From positions 173,294 to 237,293 of the forward strand of contig CAVWHX010000005.1 in the NCBI GenBank assembly GCA_963754925.1: a stretch of 64,000 nucleotides of DNA, in the 5' to 3' direction. Below the pieces are notes generated by a model. It saw only the letters and a list, made by a program, of their open reading frames with translations. It was not told where the DNA came from and ran no database searches. Shown here piece by piece: positions 54,719-64,000 of this stretch. Numbering within the stretch: the stretch's first letter is position 1; each line of letters begins with the position of its first letter. This DNA is from an uncultured delta proteobacterium (GTDB taxonomy: Bacteria; Myxococcota; B64-G9). A program made the translations under genes and the position numbers.

Positions 54719-54722
54719 CCCA

Positions 54723-55775
54723 ATGAAACTCTTTCGCACTATCACCTTGGCATTGGTCGCTCTGACCACCATACCGCTTACGATCGTGGGGTTTATCTTA
54801 ATTAGCTCAAACCTCGATGCGCTCAGGACGTTATCCTTGGAGTTGCCGCGGCAATCTGCCGATCATGATGCTGCGATGCTTAAAACCTTTTCTGACACCA
54901 TGAGCTGGCAGGTTGTCTGGGTTATCGCCGTGAGCTTGCTTTCATCGCTGGGAGTCGGCGTTCTGTTCGCCTTGCGCTTGACTCGCCCGCTTGCCAAATT
55001 CGTTACCGGCGCCCTGGCGATAGCTCGGGGCAATTTCAACTATACCATCAATATCCGCGCCCGTAATGAGATTGGAGAACTGGCCCATACCTTCAATTAC
55101 ATGTCGCGCCAGCTCTTTTCGTACGACCAAGAGAATAAATCCCTGGTGTCCATCCTCCAGCGTGGTTACCTTGAAACCATTCGGGCGCTGGCGAACTCGA
55201 TCGACGCCAAGGATCCCTATACCCGGGGTCATTCGGCGCGGGTGACCAACGTGTCGCTCGCCATCGGCCGCGCGCTCAAGCTCCCCGATGATCAACTGCG
55301 CATCCTCAGCTATGCCGGTATTCTCCACGACATCGGTAAAATCGGCATTCCCGAGGGTATCCTTGGCAAAAAGGACCGGCTTGACAGCCAAGAACGGCAT
55401 CTCATCGAACAGCACCCCGTGTTCGGCGAACGTATTATCGAGCCGATCGACTTTCTTGCGCCGGTTCGGTCGCTGGTGCGCCACCACCACGAACGGTATG
55501 ACGGTTCGGGTTATCCCGATGGACTTAAAGGCGACCAAATACCGCTCATGGCGCGCATACTCAATGCAGCTGATACCTACGATGCAATTACCTCAACCCG
55601 TCCGTACCAAGCCGCCATGAACGATGAGCAGGCGATCGAGATTTTACGTCGCGTTCGTGGCACGCAAGTTGATCCCCAGGTGTGCGATGCGCTGGTGACG
55701 GTGATCCAAAACAGACCCGAATCGCTCAACGCCACGAACGATGAAATTGAAAAAGACCTTGCCGCTGCCCGGTAA
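54723..55775 (+). CDS. HAMP plus HD-GYP phosphodiesterase
   Basis: Two TMs, HAMP (NEIGEL), GHS, LHDIGK, HHERYDGSGYP. Confidence 0.92.
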   Translation: MKLFRTITLALVALTTIPLTIVGFILISSNLDALRTLSLELPRQSADHDAAMLKTFSDTMSWQVVWVIAVSLLSSLGVGVLFALRLTRPLAKFVTGALAIARGNFNYTINIRARNEIGELAHTFNYMSRQLFSYDQENKSLVSILQRGYLETIRALANSIDAKDPYTRGHSARVTNVSLAIGRALKLPDDQLRILSYAGILHDIGKIGIPEGILGKKDRLDSQERHLIEQHPVFGERIIEPIDFLAPVRSLVRHHHERYDGSGYPDGLKGDQIPLMARILNAADTYDAITSTRPYQAAMNDEQAIEILRRVRGTQVDPQVCDALVTVIQNRPESLNATNDEIEKDLAAAR

Positions 55776-55844
55776 TCTCTTAGCGAGAGTCCGCTGTGCT
55801 GAAATGGGCATCAGCAAGGAAACGTTATACGTGTAGTTGAGCGT

Positions 55845-56240
55845 CTATCTCTTGGAATACTGGAAGCGTTTGCGTGCGCCGGGCCGGCCATACTTTTTGC
55901 GTTCGACTATGCGCGAGTCGCGCGTGAGGAGCCCGGCTTTCTTTAAGGTGGGTCTGAGCTGAGGGTTGGTGACCAACAGAGCCCGAGCAATACCATGGCG
56001 AACTGCGTCTGACTGACCGGCGAGACCGCCGCCATTGACATTAACCATAACATCGTAGCGGCCGACCGTCTCGGTGACTTCAAACGGCTCGGCTAAGGTC
56101 ATGCGCAGCGTTGGGCGAGGGAAGTAGTCTTCGAGTTTGCGATCATTGACCGTAATAACCCCTGAACCGGGTTTCAACCACACGCGCGCGATGGAGGTCT
56201 TACGTTTTCCGGTAGCGTACCAACTCTGTACTTCGGTCAT
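55845..56240 (-). CDS. rpsI: 30S ribosomal protein S9
   Basis: [21 protein letters not shown]. Confidence 0.98.
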   Translation of the reverse strand: MTEVQSWYATGKRKTSIARVWLKPGSGVITVNDRKLEDYFPRPTLRMTLAEPFEVTETVGRYDVMVNVNGGGLAGQSDAVRHGIARALLVTNPQLRPTLKKAGLLTRDSRIVERKKYGRPGARKRFQYSKR

Positions 56241-56677
56241 TGGCTAACCTCAATGGTTATTTTCTCAGGCTTCTGGGCCTGGTGGGGGTGATCGACCCCG
56301 GCATAGACTTTTAGTTTTTTGAGCAAATGGTAACCCAACGGTCCCCGCGGCAGCATTCCATGGACCGCGTGACGAATCAGGTCGGTAGGATGAGTGTCGC
56401 GCACCCGGGCGGCGGTCCGCTCTTTGATGCCGCCGATATAGCCGGAATGGTGGTAGTACATTTTATCCGACCATTTTTTGCCGGTGAGCCGAACTTTCTC
56501 GGCATTTATCACCACTACAAAATCACCGGTGTCAACGTTCGGGGTAAAGGTCGGGCTTTCTTTGCCGCGCAGCAATGAAGCCACCCGCGTGGCCATTCGG
56601 CCAAGGGTCTGATTCTCAGCGTCGACAAGCAGCCAGCGGCGCTTCACGTTGCTTTTCTTGATGTATTCTGTCTTCAT
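56237..56677 (-). CDS. rplM: 50S ribosomal protein L13
   Basis: [34 protein letters not shown]. Confidence 0.98.
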   Translation of the reverse strand: MKTEYIKKSNVKRRWLLVDAENQTLGRMATRVASLLRGKESPTFTPNVDTGDFVVVINAEKVRLTGKKWSDKMYYHHSGYIGGIKERTAARVRDTHPTDLIRHAVHGMLPRGPLGYHLLKKLKVYAGVDHPHQAQKPEKITIEVSQ

Positions 56678-56878
56678 GCGTTTCCTTCCGTATGCCGTCG
56701 AGTGTCCGTAACCTCCCTAATTGGGCAGTTTTGGTCACCAAAGGTTTTACCTTGTAATGCTATTGTGCCTATTATGTCAAGGGTTTCGTTTAGTCTGAGT
56801 TTTGTTTAGACCGTTCGTGTCGTATAAAAAGACGGGAATCGGTGATCATGGTGGATTGTTGATGTACTATTAACTCTG

Positions 56879-57940
56879 GTGAGGAGTGGCTTCATGAGCA
56901 TCGTTTTTCTTCTTGCATGGATGGGATTTCTGTTGGCCGGCGGCGCCAGTTTTCCCGAGCCTGAGCCCACGGTTACCATAGCGGCCGTGGGCCATATTGT
57001 TCTTGGCACTTCCTATCCGCCCAAGCGCCCGGCGCTGCCGCCCGACGGGGGAAAGAATCTTTTTGGAGACACCAAGGAATTTCTTTCCAGCGCGGACATC
57101 ACTTTTGGTAACCTCGCCGCGCCGCTGTCCGACCGGGGAAGCACCAAGAAGAAGGTTGATAATATCAACGTGTTCGCCTTCCGCACCCCGGCTGCGTATG
57201 CCAAACGGCTGAAGGACGCGGGATTCGATGTCCTCAACGCGGCCAACAATCATATCCTCGACTTTGGGCTTCAGGCTTACGAGGATACGTTGAAAAACTT
57301 AGACGCGTTGGGCATCGGCCATGTCGGACGAAAAGGAGAGATCTGGAGCAAAGAAGTCAACGGCATCAAAGTGGCTGTTCTTGGATTCACCCAGCCCTAT
57401 ACCGACTTTTTTGCATCCCACCACAATATTCAGTCAGCCGCGGATGCGGTACGCGGCGCCAAGTCGAAAAACGATATCGTGGTGGTCGGATTTCATGGTG
57501 GGACCGAAGGAAAAGGCTCGCGGCACACGCCCCGCGGGCCAGAGTACCTGGGAGGAGAATACCGCGGAGAGGTGGTTAAGCTAGCCCATGCTTTGGTTGA
57601 TGCCGGAGCTGATATGGTGGTTGGGTTTGGTCCCCATCTGCCGCGCGCCATTGAGATTTACAAGGGTAAAGTGATTGATTATGCTTTGGGTAACTTTTTG
57701 ACCTACGGTCCTTTCAATCTCCAGGGGGAAAGTGGACTTAGTCTCATCCTTCAGGTAAAACTCAATAGAAAAGGTGAGTTGGTGGAAGGAAAGATAGTGC
57801 CTCTCAAAGTTGTTCTACCGGGTATCCCGCGACCCGACGAAACCAAGGCAACGTTGAAGCACTTACGCTTGCTTTCAGAAGAGGACTTTCCGGAAAGTTA
57901 TCCGGATATCGATGATGAAGGGATAGTGAAGAAAAGATAA
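56879..57940 (+). CDS. CapA-family metallophosphatase-like protein
   Basis: ANNHILDFG, FHGG, GPH, YALGNF. Confidence 0.82.
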   Translation: MRSGFMSIVFLLAWMGFLLAGGASFPEPEPTVTIAAVGHIVLGTSYPPKRPALPPDGGKNLFGDTKEFLSSADITFGNLAAPLSDRGSTKKKVDNINVFAFRTPAAYAKRLKDAGFDVLNAANNHILDFGLQAYEDTLKNLDALGIGHVGRKGEIWSKEVNGIKVAVLGFTQPYTDFFASHHNIQSAADAVRGAKSKNDIVVVGFHGGTEGKGSRHTPRGPEYLGGEYRGEVVKLAHALVDAGADMVVGFGPHLPRAIEIYKGKVIDYALGNFLTYGPFNLQGESGLSLILQVKLNRKGELVEGKIVPLKVVLPGIPRPDETKATLKHLRLLSEEDFPESYPDIDDEGIVKKR

Positions 57941-57956
57941 TAACTTAGGCATTGAA

Positions 57957-59868
57957 ATGCTTGGCCCGGTTTCTGACACCGCATCCGATCATCAAGTCAT
58001 GTTCGAACGCTCTGCCTTGGAGAAAGAGCTGCTCGGGCGCGTGGCGTGGCTCGTCCGCTTGCGCTGGATGTTGGCCGTTTTGGTTTTTGTCATCACCGCT
58101 GTTGCGGCCACGTGGTTCGGAATAGAACTGCATTGGGTTGAGATCTTTGCGGTTGGGGCCGCTATCCTGGCGTACAACATTGTCTTGGCATACCGCCTCG
58201 GCAAGCTGCGCCGTGATCCCAGCGTTGGCATAAAAACATTCCGCCGTTTCGCCGGGGTGCAGATCGTCCTGGATTGGCTTGCGCTCATAATTCTGATTTA
58301 TTTCACCGGCGGGATTGAAAGCCCGCTCGTCTTTCTACTTCATTTTCAATGCGGTCGTCGTCAGTATGTTGTTTCCGTTGCGGACTGCTTTTGTCTTTGC
58401 GGTAGCTGGTATCGCGCTCGTCGTCGGTTTGGCGCTCATCGGGTACTATACGCTGCTGCCCCCGGTTACCATCCCTGAATTTGATGACCACCATCTCAAC
58501 CGAGGGGTGTATCTGATCGGTGAGCTCTTTTTCTTTTCGAGTGTGGTTCTCATTGCGACCTATTTGGTCAACTCGATCTCCGTGCGGCTCGTTCGACGGA
58601 CCAAGGAAATCGGATACGTTCAGCAGGATCTCGAGAGCGCCTACAACAAAACACATACGCTGTATGAGATAGCGAAATCGGTGAACTCCACGCTGAACCT
58701 ACAACAGGTGCTCGATACCATTGTGCGCCAGGCAACCATCGCCATGGGAGCCAAGGCAGCCTCGATCCGATTGCTGGACGATGATCGGCGTTACCTTGAG
58801 GTGAGCACGGCGTATGGGCTGAGCGCTGAGTACCTTACCAAGGGCAAGGTTGATCCGCAAAGCAGCCAAATGGATTATCTGGCCCTGCTTGGCCAACCGG
58901 TCGCGGTTTCGGACGTGGACATCGATCGGCGACTCCAGTATCCCGAAGAGATGCGTCAGGAGGGTATCCGCGCGGTGCTGAGTGTTCCGCTGATGCTCCA
59001 TGAGTCCACCATCGGCGTGCTGCGGGTGTACGCGTCGGACGTTCGCCAGTTTACCGACGAAGAAGTCGCGTTCATGATGGCGCTGGCTTCACAGGGGGCG
59101 GTGGCCATCCAAAACGCCCAAGCCTACCACCACCTCCAGGAGCTTGAAGAGGCGAAATCACGCTTCGTCTTTGCGGTCACCCACGAACTGAAATCGCCGG
59201 TGGCGGCGGTGCAATCCCAGTTCGCCATCCTGCAGGGAGGGTACGCGGGTGAATTGACCGAACGTCAGCGCCATCTGATCGATCGGGCCGCGCACCGCAT
59301 GGCGGGGTTGGATGCCTTGATCCGCGATCTGCTGGCCCTCGGGGCGCTCAAGGGTCGGCTGCCCGCCAATCAAAAGAAACCGATGAATCTCGTCGATGTG
59401 TTCCGCCGGCAGATTGAGCTGGTGCAGCCGGAAGCCGAGGCGCGCAGCATTCGTTTTGAAGTCAGCATGCCCGACACGCCGGTGACCTTTTTGACCAGCG
59501 AAGACGATATGGAACGACTGCTCGGCAATCTTCTTGAGAACGCGGTCAAGTACACGCCCTCCGGCGGTCAGGTTGGCCTGACGTTGAACACCGACGATGC
59601 CGGGGTGCGCATCGTTGTCTCGGACTCGGGCATCGGGATATCGGCCGAGGCGCTCCCCCACATCTTCGAGGAATTCTACCGAGCGAAAAACGCCAAGGAA
59701 TTGGGCTTGGAAGGCACCGGCCTGGGGCTCTCACTGGTCAAGCGCATCTTGGATCTTTATTGTGGGGATATTTCGGTAGAAAGCACGATTAATGAGGGCA
59801 CCCGATTCAACATCTTATTGCCATGGAAATCTGATGGGCGTTGCAAAAAAGACACCCCGACCACTTGA
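57957..59868 (+). CDS. Membrane GAF sensor histidine kinase, frameshift near 58335
   Basis: WLVRLRW and TGGIESP TM region, GAF domain, THELKSP, NLLENA, DSGIG, GTGLGL. Confidence 0.88.
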
Positions 59869-59928
59869 GTTTTTATCGAAGTCTTGTATGCTGGTTAGGT
59901 TGTTGATGTCGGTTTTGAGGAGACAGGT

Positions 59929-61730
59929 ATGAACGGTCTTGGGTTGGTGGTGGTGGCGCTCGTGGTCTTTGTGATTGCGTATCGGCTGTATGGTTCCTTT
60001 TTGGCTACCAAGGTGTTGGTGCTCAAAGATGAAAATGTCACGCCGGCGGTGCGCCATGAAGACGGGAAAAACTTCCATGTCACCAATAAATACATCGTCT
60101 TCGGCCACCATTTTGCCGCCATTGCCGGCGCCGGCCCGCTGGTTGGCCCGGTACTGGCAGCCCAATTTGGGTATCTGCCGGGAACACTGTGGATCTTGAT
60201 CGGGGCCGTGCTCGGCGGCGCGGTCCATGATTTTGTCGTCCTGGTCGCGTCGCTGCGTTCGGGCGGAAAATCGCTCGCCCAAATTGCGAGCGAACATCTC
60301 TCCGGCTTTTCGGGCGGCGTGACCATGGTTGCAATCTTGTTTATCGTGGTGACCGCGCTAGCCGGCCTGGCCATGGTGGTGGTCAACGCCCTGGCCGAGA
60401 GCGCCTGGGGAACCTTCACCATTTTGCTGACCATTCCGATCGCCATGGGCGTTGGCCTGCATATGGAGCGTTGGCGGAAAGGCAAGGTTGGGGAAGCGTC
60501 GGCTTTTGGCGTTGCACTAGTTCTCTTTTCCGTCGTCGCGGGCGCTTGGGTTCATCATTCGAATTTCGCCCCGTGGTTTACCTTCACGAAATCCCAATTG
60601 TCGATTGCGATCGCTATCTACGGGTTTTTCGCCTCGGTTTTGCCGATTTGGCTGCTGCTCGCCCCGCGCGATTACCTGTCTTCCTATATGAAGATCGGTA
60701 CGATCGCGGCCCTGGCGATCGGCATCGTTCTGGTAAATCCACAGCTGCGCATACCGGCATTTACCCAGTATGTCAATGGCGGCGGGCCGATTATTCCCGG
60801 CAAGGTCTGGCCGTTTGTTTGCATCACGATCGCCTGCGGGGCGATCTCGGGCTGGCACGCGCTGATAGCCTCTGGCACCACCCCGAAGATGTTGGCCAAG
60901 GAGCGGCAAGCTCTTTTTGTCGGCTACGGCGCCATGCTAACCGAGGGGTTTGTCAGCATCATGGCATTGATTGCCGCGACGGTATTGCTGCCGAATGACT
61001 ACCTCGCGATCAATGTCGCTCCTTCGAGATGGGCGGCGCTGGGGATCAATCCGCAAGAGCTCGCCGGCTTTTCGCAGATGGTCAATGAGGACCTGGCGGG
61101 GCGTACGGGCGGTGCGGTGACCCTGGCGGTGGGCATGTCCTACATCTTTTCGAGTCTGCCGGGAATGAAGTCATGGGTTTCATATTGGTATCACTTTGCG
61201 ATTATGTTCGAGGCCCTGTTCATCTTAACGATGGTTGACGCCGGCACGCGCGTTGGGCGCTATATGATTCAGGAAGTGGTCGGTAAGGCGAGCCGCACGC
61301 TCGGAGATTTAAAAACTGGCCGGCGGTGATCGTAACCAGCGCTTTAATTTCAGCCGCCTTTGGATACCTACTCTACCAGAATGACATCTCTTCCATCTGG
61401 CCGATGTTCGGGGTGGCGAACCAACTGCTTGCGTCCCTGGCGCTGGTTATTGGCACCGCCTACCTGATGCGCACCGCGCGCAAAAAGAAATATGCGCTCG
61501 TCACCGGCCTGCCGGCTTTGTTTATGATAGTAACGACTCTGACTGCCGGTACGGCCAATATCTTTGACAACTACCTGCCCAAGGGCCGCGCCGGTGATTT
61601 CAACGGCTACCTCAACGCCGGCCTGACGGTGATCATGATGGTGTGCGTGGTCCTGGTTACGATCGATGGCGTCGCGAAAATATCTCGGGCTGCTCGATCG
61701 CACCGCAGTGCAGCGAACCTGGTTAGATAG
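59929..61730 (+). CDS. cstA: Carbon starvation CstA-family transporter, frameshift near 61315
   Basis: [44 protein letters not shown]. Confidence 0.93.
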
Positions 61731-61737
61731 GTTGACG

Positions 61738-63993
61738 ATGCGATCGCACGCTATGAGTAGGTTTTGGTTCTGGACGCTTTTTTCATCTCGTTCCCGATTG
61801 CTGTCGGGGCCGCCGCTGAAAAAGCTTTCACTGGTGAGCCTGCGCTCGACGACCAGAACCCTGTTCGTGCCATGTTGATTGCAGACGTCGCCGTGGCAAG
61901 GGTAGGGGAGAAGTTTCATGTCGGGGCGGCGTTTGATCTCGCTCCGGGATGGCATATTTACTGGATTTTTCCCGGCAACACCGGTCGGCCGACTCAGGTG
62001 GATTTCTCGTTTGACGAAGGCATCGTCGCAGGTCAGAGCCGCGCTACCCAACGCCGGAGGTGTCCGAAAGCGACAGTATTGACGAGCTCAGCTTCGGATA
62101 TTCAGGACAGGTTTTGATCATGGCCTCCGCCTTGTTGGTGAATCGCCCCGCGTCGGATCGCACCCGGATTCAGGCTTCGCTGTCGTGGCTGGCGTGTAAA
62201 CAGCTTTGCATTATCGGCAAGAAGCGCCTGGAACTGGATCTGACCGTGGGAGCGCGGAGCATTCCTTCCCCGCACAGAGATATGTTTTTCGCGACCCAAA
62301 GCCGCCTGCCCGAGCCCATGGCCGCTCAACGGGCGAGTCTTACGGTACAGCCGCTTGAAAATAATCAGATTCATATGATCCTCAAGCTCGAGGGTTTGGA
62401 GTCAGTCGAGCGCTTTATCCCCCGCTGGTTTTCAACCGGCGGCTGCAAACTCATAACATACAGCACCGGAAGGGAGGCACCGGGAGACTTCGTTGCCGAC
62501 CTGACCGTAAGCGGGAAAGCTTGTTTGCCCGAGGTGAGCGGCATTGTCCAAGTCAAAAGGAAGGGCGCCGCAAAAGCAGAGCCGAGCCAATTTTTTGACA
62601 TCGGAACACTGACCGCTCCCGTGTCTTCCGCAACCGTGGCAGCGCCAACGGAAACGGCGCCACAGCCTGGACTCGATGCCGGCTCAGCTCCCGGCGCATC
62701 TCTGGGGGAATCGGGAAAGGGCAAAACTTCTGGCAGCTCTTGCTGTTTGCCTTTATCGGCGGGTTGCTCCTCAATATCATGCCCTGCGTCATCCCGGTCG
62801 TTGTCCCTAAGATTCTTCATCTGGTGCGGAGCACGGGCAGGGAACAGGAGTCCCCCCGCGAGCGTCGAACCGTCTTATTGAGAAACGGCCTCGCCTACAC
62901 CGGAGGCGGCTGATAACACTCCTGAGTCTTGGGGTGCTCGTCGCAATCTTACGCTATGCGGGAATCGAGGTGGGATGGGGGTTTCAATTCCAAAATCCCT
63001 GGTTCTTGACGCTGATGATCGCCCTGTTGGTGGTTGCTGGATTCGGGATGCTCAAGGTTTTCCCCTTGCAGAGCAGCACCCACGTTGAAGATCTCAAGAC
63101 CTGCAAGCACTACCGCCAGAAAATCCGCTGCTCGAATCGTTTATGACCGGTCTTTTGGTGACCTTCCTCGGCACCCCATGCACCGCACCCTTCCTGGGGC
63201 CGGCGTTGGGGTACGCGTTTACCCAGAACACCGCCAACATTTTGCTGTTCTTGGCGGTGGTCGGGCTGGGGCTTTCCACCCCGTTTCTCGTGCTTTCGGT
63301 GTGGACCGGCTGGACGCGGATTCTTCCCACGCGGGTGAGCCCGACCTACGATTCGAGTGATGCGCGGGATGGCGTTTTTGTTTTTTGGCACGGCGCTGTG
63401 GTTGGGAGGAGTGCTTGCCGATGGGTACGGAGCGAAAGCGGCGTTTCAGGTGCTGTGGTTTATGCTGGTGTTGTCGCTGGGGTGTTGGATCTTCGGCCTC
63501 ATGGTTAGCGAAGCCGATCCCGGAAGAAACGCCTGATACGGTTGCTGCCGATTGCATTGGTGGTTGGCCTCGTCGGCGCCTGGATGTTGTCCTTTGATGA
63601 CCAAGGCCGAAATCATCAGGTCGAGACCCCTTCATCGGCCGGCATTTCATGGCAACCATTCTCTGAAGCTAGCCTGCTCAAGCTTCGCGGCCAGGGGAAG
63701 ACCGTTTTTATCGACTTTACCGCCCAGTGGTGCCTCAACTGCAAGGTCAACGAACGGCTGGTAATTGAGACCGGCGAAATACGGACATTGCTCGATCGCC
63801 TTGGAGTCGCGGCGTTGAAGGCTGATTACACCACCAGGGATCCGGTGATCCACCGATGGTTGCAACGTTTTGGAAGGGCCGGGTGCCGTTGTATGTCATT
63901 TTCCCGGCCTGCCGTGGAGACGATGACGTGGTCGTCCTACCTGAGATCCTGATGACCGACACCTTACGACGGCGCTGAGTCGGCCGGTCCTAG
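61738..63993 (+). CDS. DsbD-like disulfide reductase, multiple frameshifts, ends approximate
   Basis: GWHIYW..PG, GGLLLNIMPCVIPV, QFQNP, TPCTAPFLG, DFTAQWCLNCKVNE spread over several frames. Confidence 0.85.
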
Positions 63994-64000
63994 TCGCGAT

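Noticed and set aside
1..64000. CRISPR array, tRNA, rRNA, prophage
   Set aside because: No spaced direct repeats, tRNA or rRNA signatures, or phage genes recognised

Overview
A 64-kb bacterial chromosomal segment. Gene content (TonB receptor plus lipoprotein, HEAT-repeat proteins, topoisomerase VI, a long PPDK-like protein) suggests a deltaproteobacterial, Myxococcota/Desulfobacterota-like lineage; this is inference. Housekeeping genes (folE2, tal, udg, nfeD/SPFH, lpxH, trmB, amidase, rdgB, ABC exporter, top6B/A, rplM-rpsI, cstA, dsbD-like) alternate with three accessory blocks. The first (about 7.1-12.9 kb) holds small, partly AT-rich genes and an IS3 copy. The second (about 21.0-27.7 kb) is a toxin-antitoxin/defence island with two more IS3 copies. 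One of these lacks a target duplication and joins the N-terminal part of an unknown gene to the C-terminal part of a retron-type reverse transcriptase, probably a destroyed retron. The third (about 46.9-54.2 kb) encodes a 1780-aa lipoprotein and a FadL-like barrel. The most unusual intact locus is tal - GAPDH homologue lacking the catalytic His and phosphate-site residues - 1405-aa dikinase lacking a pyruvate-binding domain, with a second divergent GAPDH nearby. Many conserved genes carry 1-bp frameshifts, most likely uncorrected long-read errors, so pseudogene calls need caution. No rRNA, tRNA or CRISPR array was recognised. All family assignments come from motif recognition, not database searches.
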